This document shows, one piece after another, positions 49,946 to 63,226 of a stretch of DNA of 64,000 nucleotides. The DNA comes from Mobula hypostoma (Eukaryota): positions 32,056,001-32,120,000 of the forward strand of contig NC_086109.1 of NCBI RefSeq assembly GCF_963921235.1, written 5' to 3'. A program made the position numbers and the translations under genes. Each line of letters starts with the position of its first letter. Position 1 is the first letter of the stretch. Below the pieces are notes generated by a model, which did not search any database, was not told the origin of the DNA, and saw only the letters and a program-made list of their open reading frames with translations.

Positions 49946-52900
49946 TTTTCACTGGGAGCCAGGAAGCCTTCCAGTTCTACAGAGAAGTGGAACTTGGCAC
50001 AGCTTGCCCTCAAAATCACTAACAGGCAGGACGCTTCAAGCATACAAATGTTATTCCTCAGAAAGGTTAAGAACTTTCATCCAGCAACCATGTCAGTTAC
50101 CTCATTATTGTTCTAAAATGACAACACATATCATTCTTCTGTGTCTAAAACAGTTAATATGCAGGAGTAATGCTCATTGTAGTCCAAGATATATGAAGTC
50201 AAAGGGCACACCAAGTAATAAGGAAACCTTGCTGTAATTGTATAGAGCTTTGATGAGATCATGCTTATACCCTGTGAGAAATTTGATCACAACATCTAAA
50301 GAAAAATATACTTTCCTTGGAAGTGATGCAGTGTAGATACACAAGGTTGATAACTGTGATGGGTGCTGGGGTTGTGATATTGTTATACAAGGAGATACCT
50401 CACAGCACTAAAATGGAAGGTTTCAAAAATAAATTTATTGCCTATGTATGTATTTGTTGCCATATACTATGGTCTAAGTGAATTTAAGATTCATTTTCTT
50501 GCAGGCATGTTGTCAGTTTTATTTTAATCTGCAATATATCATTCATGTTATTGTTCTCTACTGATAGTTTTTCATCAGGAATATAAAAACATAGGCACTA
50601 AAAATCTATAAAAAACTAGAGAAGAAGAGGTGCTGGAGAAATAAATGGGTCAGGCAGTATCTATGGAGGAAAATAGGTAGTCAATCTTTCAGGTCGAGAC
50701 TTCACCTGGACTGAAAAAGTAAAGGGGAGATAACCAGTATAAAGGCAAGAGGAGAAGGGCTGAACTAAGAGCTGGTAAGTTTTATACAGCTGCAGCAGGA
50801 CTGCCTGATTCTTATATTCAATGGAATCAGAATCAGGTTTAATATCACCAGCATATGTTGTGAAATTTATTGGCTTTGCAACAGCAGTACAATGCAATAC
50901 ATAATAATTGAAAAAAATGTGAATTACAGTGAATATATATATATATGTGTTCATGGGTTCAATGTCCCAGATGATGACAGCAAATACGTTGTATTCTTCT
51001 TTTGCTCACTATATATATTTGTGTTGACAGTTTCTGGGAGCTAGGGACTTCCCAAGGATCCGTTTACACAAAAATGCTCCAAAGGATCATATGATTTACT
51101 GTATACCTCTCTTTTCAATGTGATTCCCAAAGCACAACACGTCACATTTGTCTGGATTAAGCTCCATTCGCCATTTTGATGCCCATATTTCCACTTGGTG
51201 TATATCCCACTAAATCTTTTGACAACCTGCCTCACTTTTACCAACTCTGACAATTACATGTCATCCAAAAAACTTACTAATCATTCCATCTACATTTTAG
51301 TCAAAATATCATAATATGTATCACATAATCAACAGAGACCCTGTTAATGCGTATTCTGGATTTAGAGTCTATCGTAAATATTCAGCAACTGATCTTCAGA
51401 CTTAAATGTGGATTGTAAATTAAATTTAAAGTGCAGACCTGGACAATAATTTCTTGGAGCTGTGGACACCAGCTGATTGAAAAGCAGGCAATGCTGATTA
51501 ACATTCATTTTGGGTGCCTGAAGTATGGGTGCGAAGAACGGGGTATGAAAATTATTATGTATTTCAAAGGAAGCATTGTAGAGACATTGTAATGATAGAA
51601 TTGTTCTGCTGTTACCTTTGCTCTTTAGCATATAAAATGTCATGTAATATTTGGTCAAACAGGCCTCTTCCTTCAAGAGTGCCTTATTTTGTTGAATGAA
51701 GCACTTCTGTATCCAATAGCTTCAGTGTCTCTCTGGTGAATTTGTTCCTAGGACTTGCTTAAGCAGATCTGCAGGCTGATCCTGATGGAACACCACTAGT
51801 CACAGAACTCCAGTAACACTGCTCCACCGCTTCTATGTCTAAGAGAGTGCTGAAGAGAATACTCAGAAAACGAACATAGCCTTGTATTTTCACATTGTAT
51901 GGATTTTTTTGAAAGCATGGAAGACCATAAACATGGTTCGAGAGTATGCAACGGTTAAGTTGCACAGCTTCACTCTCAGCACCAACTCTTGGAATAAGGT
52001 CTTCTTTGAGAATATTGAAAATAATATACAGAAATTAATGTGCTCAAAGCGAAGTAAATTTCAGAAAAAAAAGTCTTATGGATGAAAATAATTAATCAAA
52101 TTAAGCACTTTCTACAAAACTGATATTGTTTTCATCAATGAATTGTATGATTTTGTTTTAGATTTACCGACAAGAAAGAATCTTGGAATTTACTCCTGAT
52201 AGGTCTTGTTTAAGCAGAACTATCATGGGTCTTGTATCCAGGGTGAGATTCCACAAACTGCCACTTAACCAGAGGCAGGAGTGGAAAGCTTCTTAATAAC
52301 TTCTCTAGGGAGTTCTTTGCAGACAGACTTCCAGTATAAGTATTCATCCATCAGAACTAGGCTGCTTTTGGTGTCAATGTGAGCAAGCACAGCACCACTC
52401 ACAAGCTTCCATTCATCATATTAGGATATTAATCAATTGCATGGGTCCTGATGTTTCATAAGAACAGTAAGTAATTTTCAAGTGCTGAAGGGAACTGCAT
52501 ATTTATTGTACCTGCAGCCCTCCCTTCACCAACCCACCAAATAATTGTTTTGACTGTTGTTACATTAACCATACCCTGATGCCTCTGGCAAAAGCCTCAA
52601 TTTAAGGAGCTCTGTGATGATACGGAGCGCAAACAGCAGAGGAGCCAGAGGCACAGTTCCATGGGTAACAAAAATAAAAAGTTACCCAGACAATCGTACT
52701 TTACATTTTCCTGCATCCAGCCTCTCCCAGTATAAGCAAGATTTGTTTCAACCATTACTGACAGTATTAAGACCTGTCCAATATTAAGATAATGGCCTGA
52801 AAGATGATCCAATTATATCTTTTAAAGAAAAATATGAAAATGGAGGTAAGAAATTCCAACTGTTCATCAACCTTTGTCTTGTCCAGAGAGGATGCAACCA

Positions 52901-55269
52901 ACATAAACAATGAAGACATACACTACTTCTTTCAACCCCACCGTCAAACTGTCAAATATCCTGACATTCTCTGCAGCTAGGAACTCTTCTTTATAATGTA
53001 AAAAAAAGAGCAAGTGTTATAATGCAGAGTTACCTATAAGAATCAAGCGTGATATTAGATATTACCAGCATACTTTGTTGTATCAGAAACTAATGATAGT
53101 TGAAGTTACAACTTTCAATAATGGAAGTTCTGTTGACCTTTCTCCCTCTGACAATTGCTCATCCAAGCAACAGCACACCTACAGGCACTCAAGTAATTTT
53201 TGTTCACTTAGAATACAAGTTATGAAAATTTATTTTCCAGCTTTCAAGGATAATTAACCAGAACTTATTATCTGATGTTATACATGATCCTTGTCTATTC
53301 TATACAAGGTAAAATGACATTGGATGACTTTACATCCTGGACCTAGTGTCACATGATGCATGTACAGCGTTTTATCTTACGTTTTTATACTTATTGTGTT
53401 TTCTTGTGTTCTTTATGCTTATTGTGCTTTTTTAGGTTGCACTGATCTGGTGTAACAGTCATATTGTTCTCCTTTATACCTGTGTACTGAAGAATCTCGA
53501 AGTGTCTGGCAAATGCTTAAGAGACTTTCGTCCTTTTAATTAACAAGTTCAGAAAATTTCTTTTTCCAACTCTCAAAGACAATTAATCAGAATTCATATT
53601 TGATTTTACACATGGCTGTCTATGTTTTACAAGGTAAAATGTCATTGGCTGACAAGTACTTTATCTTCCACATATGCAACAGCTTTTCATAAATGAACCA
53701 TTTATCACAGCACCAGAAGATACACATACAAACTTTCTCTAATTAAAGTGATTACATGCACTTTAAACTGACCATGTCTATTATACCTGACCTTTGCAAA
53801 TGAGTCATGCCAATAACATTTGTTCTGCTGAAAGTTTTCTGTTTTAACAGGCTGAGAATATCTGATTGTAAGAACAAACATAATTGTTGCTGTTCTGATG
53901 GCTAAAGGCTTGGAACTCATGTTTGTATATGCTCCATGGATAACACTGAGAGATTAATAATTTCTGGCATTGCTCCATTACCATGGGTACATCACTCCAC
54001 GTCATCTTCTATATGTATAAAATAGCAACTCAGTACGCTTCACACCCACTAAAGAAGAAAGTTGTCAAAGTAAATTTATTATCAATATAACTGTATATGT
54101 CACCATATACAACCTTGAGATTCTTTTTCTTGCAGGCTTTTACAGAAACATAAAGAAATACAATAGAACGTATGGAAAACTATGCATAAATAAAGACTGA
54201 CATAACTACATGCATAAGTGAACAACCAACATATAAAAGCAGGTAAATAAATCAATAATACTGACAACATGAGCTGTAGAGTCCTTGAAAGTTGTGTATT
54301 TAGCCACACGGCTTTTGAAAATCAAAGTGTTGTAATCAAAAGTTATCAGCATCTCCAGTGCAAGTGTTCAGTGCTTGAGAGTCAATCCTCCAATGAACAA
54401 ATTACATTTCACTACATTCTCAGAGGGGCAAATCTTTCATTTCTAACTTGTGAAGGAGACTGTTGTTCAAAGCCCAGCGCTGTTCTAAGATAATTAAGTG
54501 CAGTTCATTGCCTTCCACACAAGTTGTATGGGGTCTTCAATTATATGCTTGCTTGAGTCATCGCCGACCATGTGGCTTTCATACTTCTCAACACTGACAT
54601 GTGTCAGGTCTCTGCATGGTTCCAGAAAGGCTTTTTGGGACTCAAACTAATCTAGCAGTATGTCTGGAATATTACGGACAAGCTACTACACGATATATTG
54701 AATTGGGCATAGAGGGGACTATGTACCATAATCTCCATAAGTTCCTGCACACATCTGAAACACAGAGATCTGCAGATTTTACTTCATGAAAATCAAATAT
54801 ATGCTCCCCCAAGGCAATGTTTAAAATGTAATCAGCCACATCATTGTAGATTCTGTGTGATGGTTCTAAAGTCCAAAATGTTTGGGGAAACAAAGCTAAT
54901 TATGTGATTTGGTGGCACTGACTGAATGTTGGGCTCAAACGGTAATTAGCCGTCATGTTCAGAGACTTACTCAGTTTCCAATGAATCCCAATATAAGATT
55001 GAGGAATGGTAATTTGTCTTCAGTTCAGGCACATTATAGCCTCGAAGACTTAAAGCAAACTAAGACATGTTTGATTTCTAACTTCTGTTTCTGATGGTAG
55101 GTCAACAGCCTAAAATTCTGTCACTTTTTTTTCTCTCTCCACAGAAACTGCCTGAACTTCTGAGTATTTCCAACATTTTCTTTTATATTGTTTTACGCAT
55201 TTTCTTTTATTTATCTTATATATTAAGGAAAGCCAGCGCACATGCTCCTGTTTACATCAGTAATGCTGG

Positions 55270-55945
55270 ATTGTGAACGTAAAAATTCCTAGGAGTCAGC
55301 ATCACCAACAGCTTGTCCTGGTCCAATCATGTAACCAAGAAAGCTCAATAATACCTCTACTTCCTCAGGGAGCTAAAGAAATTCAGCATGTCCTCTTTGA
55401 TCCTCAAATTTTTTTTTATATATGCAGCACAGAATGCATCCCATCCCGATGCTTCATGCCTTAGTATGGCAACTGTTCTGCCCGTCACTGCAAGAAACTG
55501 CAGAAAGTTGTGGCCATAGCTCAGCACATCTCAGAAACCAGCTACCCCTCTGTGCACTCTGTCTGTCTGTATTTCTTGCTGATCCCAGTAGAGTAGCTAA
55601 CATAATCAAAGATCCACCCACCCCAAATGTTCTCTTTTCTCTGCCCTCCCAAAAGCATGAGATCAATAACCACCAAGCTCAAGGACAGATTCTGCCTTGA
55701 TGTTATATGACTATTGAACTATCCCCTTGTACAATAATAACATGGACCCTTAACCTCGCAATCTACCTTATCAGGGCCTTGCACTTTATTGTCTACCTGT
55801 GTTGCATCTTCTCTGTATCTGTAACAGTACATTTTGTATTCTGTATTTCCCTCATTCTACCTCAATTTTACGGATGTGACGAATGATCTGTATATGAAGC
55901 AGAGTTTTTCACTATAGCTCAGTACATCTGACAACAATAAACCAA
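55270..55945 (+). mobile_element. Rex1/Babar 3' fragment, old
   Basis: ctctacttcctcagg, tggcaactg..caagaaactgcagaaagttgtg (WYGNC..KKLQ.VV-like); tail gacaacaataaacc. Confidence 0.75.
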
Positions 55946-56054
55946 CTTATATTCTCATTCACCAATTATTTCAAATATTTTTCCAATGACTAAAGTACTA
56001 CTGCCTCACAACACACATTAAGAAATAAATTAGCCTCTTTTGTAATACTAGTAT

Positions 56055-56240
56055 TTCAAATTATGGTATTGCTTTGCACTGTTGTAACTATATGTTATAA
56101 TTATGTGTTTTTTGTCAGTTTTTGTCTTGGTCTGTCTTGTGTTTCTGTCATATCATACCGGAGGAACATTGTATCATTTTTAATGCATGCATTTCTAGAT
56201 GACAATAAACGAGGACTGAGAGTCCTCATAATCTAATCTA
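56055..56240 (+). mobile_element. 3' fragment of the (AATCT)n-tailed element family
   Basis: Reverse complement of 22703-22900; ends gaggactgagagtcctcataatctaatcta. Confidence 0.85.
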
Positions 56241-57286
56241 GAAAAAAACAGTATTTGAAATTGCCAAATATGCCACCTTATTACAGTATGTCCTCTCATG
56301 TGATGTCAATTTGGGGTGCCATTTGAGTTTCGAATGATAGATGGTGCAAATATTGTCTGTACAGATCCACTCAGAAAAAAACTTACCAAAGCACAGGAAC
56401 TTTCATGGGTTTTAAACACAAGTGTAGTGACATGTTTGTATTCAGATATTAAGAACTAGAAAGAAATACAGATATCGGAAATCTGAAATGCATAAAAGCT
56501 GGAAATACTGGGAGTACTCAGCAGACAGCATCCATAGAGAAGGAAGAACAGTTAACACCTCAGGTCAGTGACCCATCATCTGAATCAAAAGCAAGTTCAG
56601 ACAAAGAGTCATCCACTGGAAATGCTACCTCTATCTCTCTCTCCACAGGTACTACCTGACATGTTGAGTATTCCCAGTCTTTATTTTGTTTTTTTATTTA
56701 CCCTTATGAAAAAACTAAGGCAATGTTAGGATCTGTTTGAAAATATGACACTGCTTCTATTAGACAAAAACTGTGGAGATTGTCTAAACAATTGATTTCC
56801 TGTATTATATTTTTGTAGCCTGCAGAATTCACTCAAATTAAATTTTAGTTCTGATGCCACTGTGTATTTTACAAGGAAATGTTGCAGTTAATTTTAATCA
56901 AAGACTGCTTTATTTCATGATATTTAGTCAAGGGGAGTAATTACAACATTTCAGATGGCTGTGTAAATTCAAGTGCATTAATATTTGATGACAAATAAGA
57001 TTAATTTGTAAACAACATTCATTTAACATTTGCAATTCAAAGTGCAAAATAACATGTTTGTTAAATTGTGAGGTGATAACACCCCATTTGTTTTCCAAAG
57101 GAGCTTTAATGCTGTAAGGAGAACCATTCTGTCGTGCACTATGCACTGTACACATCTTTTGTTTCCTTTATATCTCATTGAATTCAACTTGCTAATAATG
57201 ATCAGGAAAGAGATTTCTGTTTAGATCAACTAAACACACCGAGTACAATGCTACCACAACACGTTGTATAACTCTCCACCAACATT

Positions 57287-59043
57287 ACCAATTGAATAAT
57301 TACTTTGGTTCTGTCTTCACTAAGGAGGACATAAATAATCTTCCAGAAATAGTAGGGGACAGAGGGTCCAGTGAGATGGAGGAACTGAGCGAAATACATG
57401 TTAGTAGGGAAGTGGTGTTAGGTAAATTGAAGGGATTGAAGGCAGATAAATCCCCAGGGCCAGATGGTCTGCATCCCAGAGTGCTTAAGGAAGTAGCCCA
57501 AGAAATAGTGGATGCATTAGTGGTAATTTTTCAAAACTCGTTAGATTCTGGACTAGTTCCTGAGGATTGGAGGGTGGCTAATGTAACCCCACTTTTTAAA
57601 AAAGGAGGGAGAGAGAAACCGGAGAATTATAGACCGGTTAGCCTAACGTCGGTGGTGGGGAAACTGCTGGAGTCAGTTATCAAAGATGTGATAACAGCAC
57701 ATTTGGAAAGCGGTGAAATCATGGGACAAAGTCAGCATGGATTTGTGAAAGGAAAATCATGTCTGACGAATCTCATAGAATTTTTTGAGGATGTAACTAA
57801 TAGAGTGGATAGGGGAGAACCAGTGGATGTGGTATATTTGGATTTTCAAAAGGCTTTTGACAAGGTCCCACACAGGAGATTAGTGTGCAAACTTAAAGCA
57901 CACGGTATTGGGGGTAAGGTATTGATGTGGATAGAGAATTGGTTAGCAGACAGGAAGCAAAGAGTGGGAATAAACGGGACCTTTTCAGAATGGCAGGCGG
58001 TGACTAGTGGGGTACCGCAAGGCTCAGTGCTGGGACCCCAGTTGTTTACAATATATATTAATGACTTGGATGAGGGAATTAAATGCAGCATCTCCAAGTT
58101 TGCGGATGACACGAAGCTGGGTGGCAGTGTTAGCTGTGAGGAGGATGCTAAGAGGATGCAGAGTGACTTGGATAGGTTGGGTGAGTGGGCAAATTCATGG
58201 CAGATGCAATTTAATGTGGATAAATGTGAAGTTATTCACTTTGGTGGCAAAAATAGGAAAACAGATTATTATCTGAATGGTGGCCGATTAGGAAAAGGGG
58301 AGGTGCAACGAGACCTGGGTGTCATTATACACCAGTCATTGAAAGTGGGCATGCAGGTACAGCAGGCAGTGAAAAAGGCGAATGGTATGCTGGCATTTAT
58401 AGCGAGAGGATTTGAGTACAGGAGCAGGGAGGTACTACTGCAGTTGTACAAGGCCTTGGTGAGACCACACCTGGAGTATTGTGTGCAGTTTTGGTCCCCT
58501 AATCTGAGGAAAGACATCCTTGCCATAGAGGGAGTGCAAAGAAGGTTCACCAGATTGATTCCTGGGATGGCAGGACTTTCATATGAAGAAAGACTGGATG
58601 AACTGGGCTTGTACTCGTTGGAATTTAGAAGATTGAGGAGGGATCTGATTGAAACGTATAAAATCCTAAAGGGATTGGAAAGGCTAGATGCAGGAAGATT
58701 GTTCCCGATGTTGGGGAAGTCCAGAACGAGGGGCCACAGTTTGAGGATAAAGGGGAAGCCTTTTAGGACCGAGATTAGGAAAAACTTCTTCACACAGAGA
58801 GTGGTGAATCTGTGGAATTCTCTACCACAGGAAACAGTTGAGGCCAGTTCATTGGCTATATTTAAGAGGGAGTTAGATATGGCCCTTGTGGCTACGGGGA
58901 TCAGGGGGTATGGAGGGAAGGCTGGGGCAGGGTTCTGAGTTGGATGATCAGCCATGATCATAATAAATGGCGGTGCAGGCTCGAAGGTCCGAATGGCCTA
59001 CTCCTGCACCTATTTTCTATGTTTCTATGTTTTCTATGTTTCT
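57287..59043 (+). mobile_element. Young 5'-truncated CR1 LINE
   Basis: Uninterrupted RT frame, 3' UTR and (tttctatg)n tail. Possible 5-bp TSD attac (57284-57288 and 59044-59048). Confidence 0.97.
57292..58938 (+). CDS. CR1 ORF2 reverse transcriptase domain (open frame, N-terminally truncated, lacks the endonuclease)
   Basis: 548 aa with KSPGPDG, NYRPVSLTS, QHGF, YLDFQKAFDKV, SGVPQGSVLGP, KFADD and RDLGV. The listed start is a TTG at the truncation point, not a true initiator. Confidence 0.9.
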   Translation: MNNYFGSVFTKEDINNLPEIVGDRGSSEMEELSEIHVSREVVLGKLKGLKADKSPGPDGLHPRVLKEVAQEIVDALVVIFQNSLDSGLVPEDWRVANVTPLFKKGGREKPENYRPVSLTSVVGKLLESVIKDVITAHLESGEIMGQSQHGFVKGKSCLTNLIEFFEDVTNRVDRGEPVDVVYLDFQKAFDKVPHRRLVCKLKAHGIGGKVLMWIENWLADRKQRVGINGTFSEWQAVTSGVPQGSVLGPQLFTIYINDLDEGIKCSISKFADDTKLGGSVSCEEDAKRMQSDLDRLGEWANSWQMQFNVDKCEVIHFGGKNRKTDYYLNGGRLGKGEVQRDLGVIIHQSLKVGMQVQQAVKKANGMLAFIARGFEYRSREVLLQLYKALVRPHLEYCVQFWSPNLRKDILAIEGVQRRFTRLIPGMAGLSYEERLDELGLYSLEFRRLRRDLIETYKILKGLERLDAGRLFPMLGKSRTRGHSLRIKGKPFRTEIRKNFFTQRVVNLWNSLPQETVEASSLAIFKRELDMALVATGIRGYGGKAGAGF

Positions 59044-59599
59044 ATTACATTTCTTTCTATAGAACTCAATGCAGACTTACGTTTGTTTTATTGTGATTCA
59101 AAAAGTCCTCACAAATCCCTCTGCAGAACACAATTTATTTTCCCACGGTTCTGCTAAAAATCTGAAGAGTTTAGAGAATGAGGCCATTACATAAACTTGC
59201 CCTGACCTATTTTTCTTTGTTGTTAAAGTTATGTTCTTGACACACTGCTTCACTCCATTGAACTCTTGCATGAACTGAAGTTCTGACACGTTTTACTGCC
59301 AGCAAGCACACTTCCATCGTTATGTGGCATTAGTGTCAAAGTCAGATCCATATCTTCCTTGCCTACCCTCTGCCTGCAAGAATTTGCTTCCTGTTGAGCC
59401 TTTAGAGGGTGTAGAGAGCGACAATAGGGATATTCCATAATGTACGCCATTTTCTGCCTCAAATTGACATGATTCCATTAATTATAAATCAAAAGCTATA
59501 ATAAAAATATATTTATACAGATATTCGTAAAGATATTTTTATCACTGATATCTGTCACCCACTATATCCTTTAATGCATCATTGATTTTCTTTTCTTAG

Positions 59600-59790
59600 G
59601 TATACAGCACAGTAACATGCTCTTCCAGCCCAATGGGCCTGAATTACACAAATATGACCAATCAACTTACGACCCACTATGACATTGAGATATGGGAGGA
59701 AACCAGAGCACCAGGAGGAAACCCATGTAGTTGCAGGGAGAATGTAAAACTCCTTACAGACAGTGGTGGAACTGAACCAAGATTGCTCGC
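59600..59790 (-). mobile_element. V-SINE, decayed
   Basis: tgggaggaaaccagagcaccaggaggaaacccatg is the reverse complement of the V core. Confidence 0.75.
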
Positions 59791-61438
59791 ACATCCAACA
59801 ATAAAATTTAATTCAATCATCATTACATTCAATGATCTATGTTTATTTGTCACTTCTGTCCATTTGCTATGCAAATACACCAGCAGACACTCCACTGTGA
59901 TACTGCTGCTTGGGGGAGGAAAGGGACAGGTGTCTAGTGTGAGGAAAATAGAGAACAATTGTCACAAGTTAGAGCAATGATAATAAAAGGCAGTGGACGC
60001 ATTAGGTAAGTCAGAGATTTCACGAATCCATGTTAAAAATGTGGAGTTGCTCCTCAAGATTAACAATATCCTGCAGGTCCTGAGAGGACATAAAATAGAA
60101 AAAAAATGACAATGCTTAAGTGGTAGGGCAGAAGCTAAAAGATACTCTTGAGTCTACCTGGCAAAAACAACTGATGAGAGAGAACTATGTAGACAAACTG
60201 AAAACTACTAAAGGGATGTTTCAATCCAACACCATCTGAAACATGGAGTCAATGGAGACTGCAAGTGCTGGAATCAGAAATAAACAACCAGCTCAGCAGA
60301 TCAGGCAGCATCACCTCAGGCTGAGGCTATATGAAGGGTTTCAAACATGAAACATTGACTACCCATTTTCTTCCACAGGTACAGCCTGACCTGCTCATTT
60401 CCTCCAGCAGTTTACTTTCTGCACCATCAGAAATGGTTGAGAAATCAGGCAAAGTGGTTTAATATAAGGAAACAAGAAGATAGAATGGGCATCATTATGG
60501 ACTTGTCATTCAGGAAAGTGAGGCAGATCATGATTCTGAGATGTGGCAAAGAACGTCCCCACTGAGTCAAAATTGGAGGCCTGCTCTTCTTGATCGGAAC
60601 TAAGTCACATGAACAATGTATGTGGGTTTGGACAGAAGCCAGCAGGGCATGTACACTCAAAGTTTGAAGGCCAGTACCTCATGGAAGAAGCCATCTGGCT
60701 TTAGAATATCCAAACAATATGGCCATACATTACAGCACTAGGAACATTGACAAAGTGGCGGCCATCAAAAAATGGGAAGGGCACAAGGAGATGTTTGTCT
60801 CCATTTATCTCAGCAGTAAGCCATGTCTATGGAAAGAATTCACTGGTGTATCTTAGATATGGTGGACTGAGATGAAAATGTGAATACTCAATAGTATCTC
60901 GAGCATATCTGAAGAGAACAATAACAGGAGGATATTTAGGGCTATCATGCCAATTAAAGAAGTGAGTGCAAATATGTGAATAGGACAGATGGGACAGAAC
61001 ATGTATTTGAAAAATTTCACCTCCTACTAGGAAGATCTGAGGCAGGGTTACACGTCGACTCAGAAGGGATCCTCCAAATCTTTTATGAGATGAATCTCTG
61101 AGTGTACCTACAATGCTCATTGAATGTGTGCTTACAATTACACATGTAGAATGATTTTCATTGCTTGAGCCATGTTTTTGAAAGGATCACAATCTTGGGA
61201 AAAGAAGGAACCCAGAAGCTGATAACATGGAACTCACAGATGTAAACCAAATGTCAGGTGGTTTTGAAAGACACCATGAAGTCCAAAGCAGTAAAGGGTT
61301 TTGGATGGAAGTGTAAACAGAATAGCTTAAGAAATCATCAATGGCCACAATAGCTCTAACTGAGAAAAAGAAAGCACGGACTACTCTGAGAGTACACGAG
61401 AACATATTATAGGAGGATTACACCCTGTGATGAACATC

Positions 61439-63226
61439 TCAATACACAGATCAACGAGACAAACTAGACAATACACAGATCAATGAGACAAATTAGACAA
61501 TACACAGATCAATGAGACAGGCTATACAATACACAGCTCAACGAGACAATACACAGATCAACGAGACATATTATAGGAGGATTACACCCTGTGATGAACA
61601 TCTCAATACACAGATCAATGAGACAAACTAGACAATACACAGATCAATGAGACAGGCTAGACAATACACAGATCAATGAGACAAATTAGACAATACACAG
61701 ATCAATGAGACAGGCTAGACAATACACAGATCAATGAGACAAAGCAGACAATACACAGATCAATGAGACAATACACAGATCAACGAGACAAACTAGACAA
61801 TACACAGATCAATGAGACAAACTAGACAATACACAGATCAATGAGACAGGCTAGACAATACACAGATCAATGAGACAAATTAGACAATACACAGATCAAT
61901 GAGACAGGCTAGACAATACACAGATCAATGAGACAAATTAGACAATACACAGATCAATGAGACAGGCTAGACAATACACAGATCAATGAGACAAAGTAGA
62001 CAATACACAGATCAATGAGACAATACACAGATCAACGAGACAAACTAGACAATACACAGATCAACGAGACAAACTAGACAATGCACAGATCAACGAGACA
62101 AACTAGACAATGCACAGATCAACGAGACAAACTAGACAATACACAGATCAATGAGACAAAGTAGACAATACACAGATCAATGAGACAAAGTAGACAATGC
62201 ACAGATCAATGAGACAAAGTAGACAATGCACAGATCAATGAGACAGGCTAGACAATACACAGATCAATGAGACAGGCTAGACAATACACAGATCAATGAG
62301 ACAAATTAGACAATACACAGATCAATGAGACAGGCTAGACAATACACAGATCAATGAGACAATGCACAGATCAACGAGACAAAGTAGACAATACACAGAT
62401 CAATGAGACAAAGTAGACAATGCACAGATCAATGAGACAAAGTAGACAATACACAGATCAATGAGACAAAGTAGACAATGCACAGATCAATGAGACAAAG
62501 TAGACAATGCACAGATCAATGAGACAGGCTAGACAATACACAGATCAATGAGACAGGCTAGACAATACACAGATCAATGAGACAAATTAGACAATACACA
62601 GATCAATGAGACAGGCTAGACAATACACAGATCAATGAGACAAAGTAGACAATGCACAGATCAATGAGACAAACTAGACAATGCACAGATCAATGAGACA
62701 AAGTAGACAATGCACAGATCAATGAGACAAAGTAGACAATGCGCAGATCAATGAGACAAAGTAGACAATACACAGATCAATGAGACAAAGTAGACAATGC
62801 ACAGATCAATGAGACAAAGTAGACAATACACAGATCAATGAGACAAATTAGACAATACACAGATCAATGAGACAAAGTAGACAATGCACAGATCAATGAG
62901 ACAGGCTAGACAATACACAGATCAATGAGACAAAGTAGACAATGCACAGATCAATGAGACAAATTAGACAATACACAGATCAATGAGACAGGCTAGACAA
63001 TACACAGATCAACGAGACAGGCTAGACAATACACAGATCAATGAGACAAATTAGACAATACACAGATCAATGAGACAGGCTAGACAATACACAGATCAAC
63101 GAGACAAAGTAGACAATACACAGATCAACGAGACAAAGTAGACAATGCACAGATCAATGAGACAAAGTAGACAATACACAGATCAATGAGACAAAGTAGA
63201 CAATGCACAGATCAACAAGGCAAACT
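61439..63226. repeat. 29-bp minisatellite array, about 60 units
   Basis: Unit acaat(a/g)cacagatcaa(t/c)gagaca(aac/ggc/aat/aag)tag with period 29 (for example 61801 to 61830), plus occasional 20-bp short units. Confidence 0.98.

Noticed and set aside
58269..58961. 230-aa minus-strand ORF
   Set aside because: It is antisense to the CR1 RT frame; openness is explained by codon bias of the sense frame and there are no independent motifs.
60500..61400. Possible very old LINE remnant (MKSKAVKGLDG-like motif near 61276)
   Set aside because: Only one degenerate motif, and it requires frameshifts; not enough to call a family.
61439..63226. CRISPR-like array (conserved repeat plus variable block)
   Set aside because: The variable part is only 3 nt drawn from four recurring states rather than unique spacers, there are no cas genes, and the context is vertebrate.
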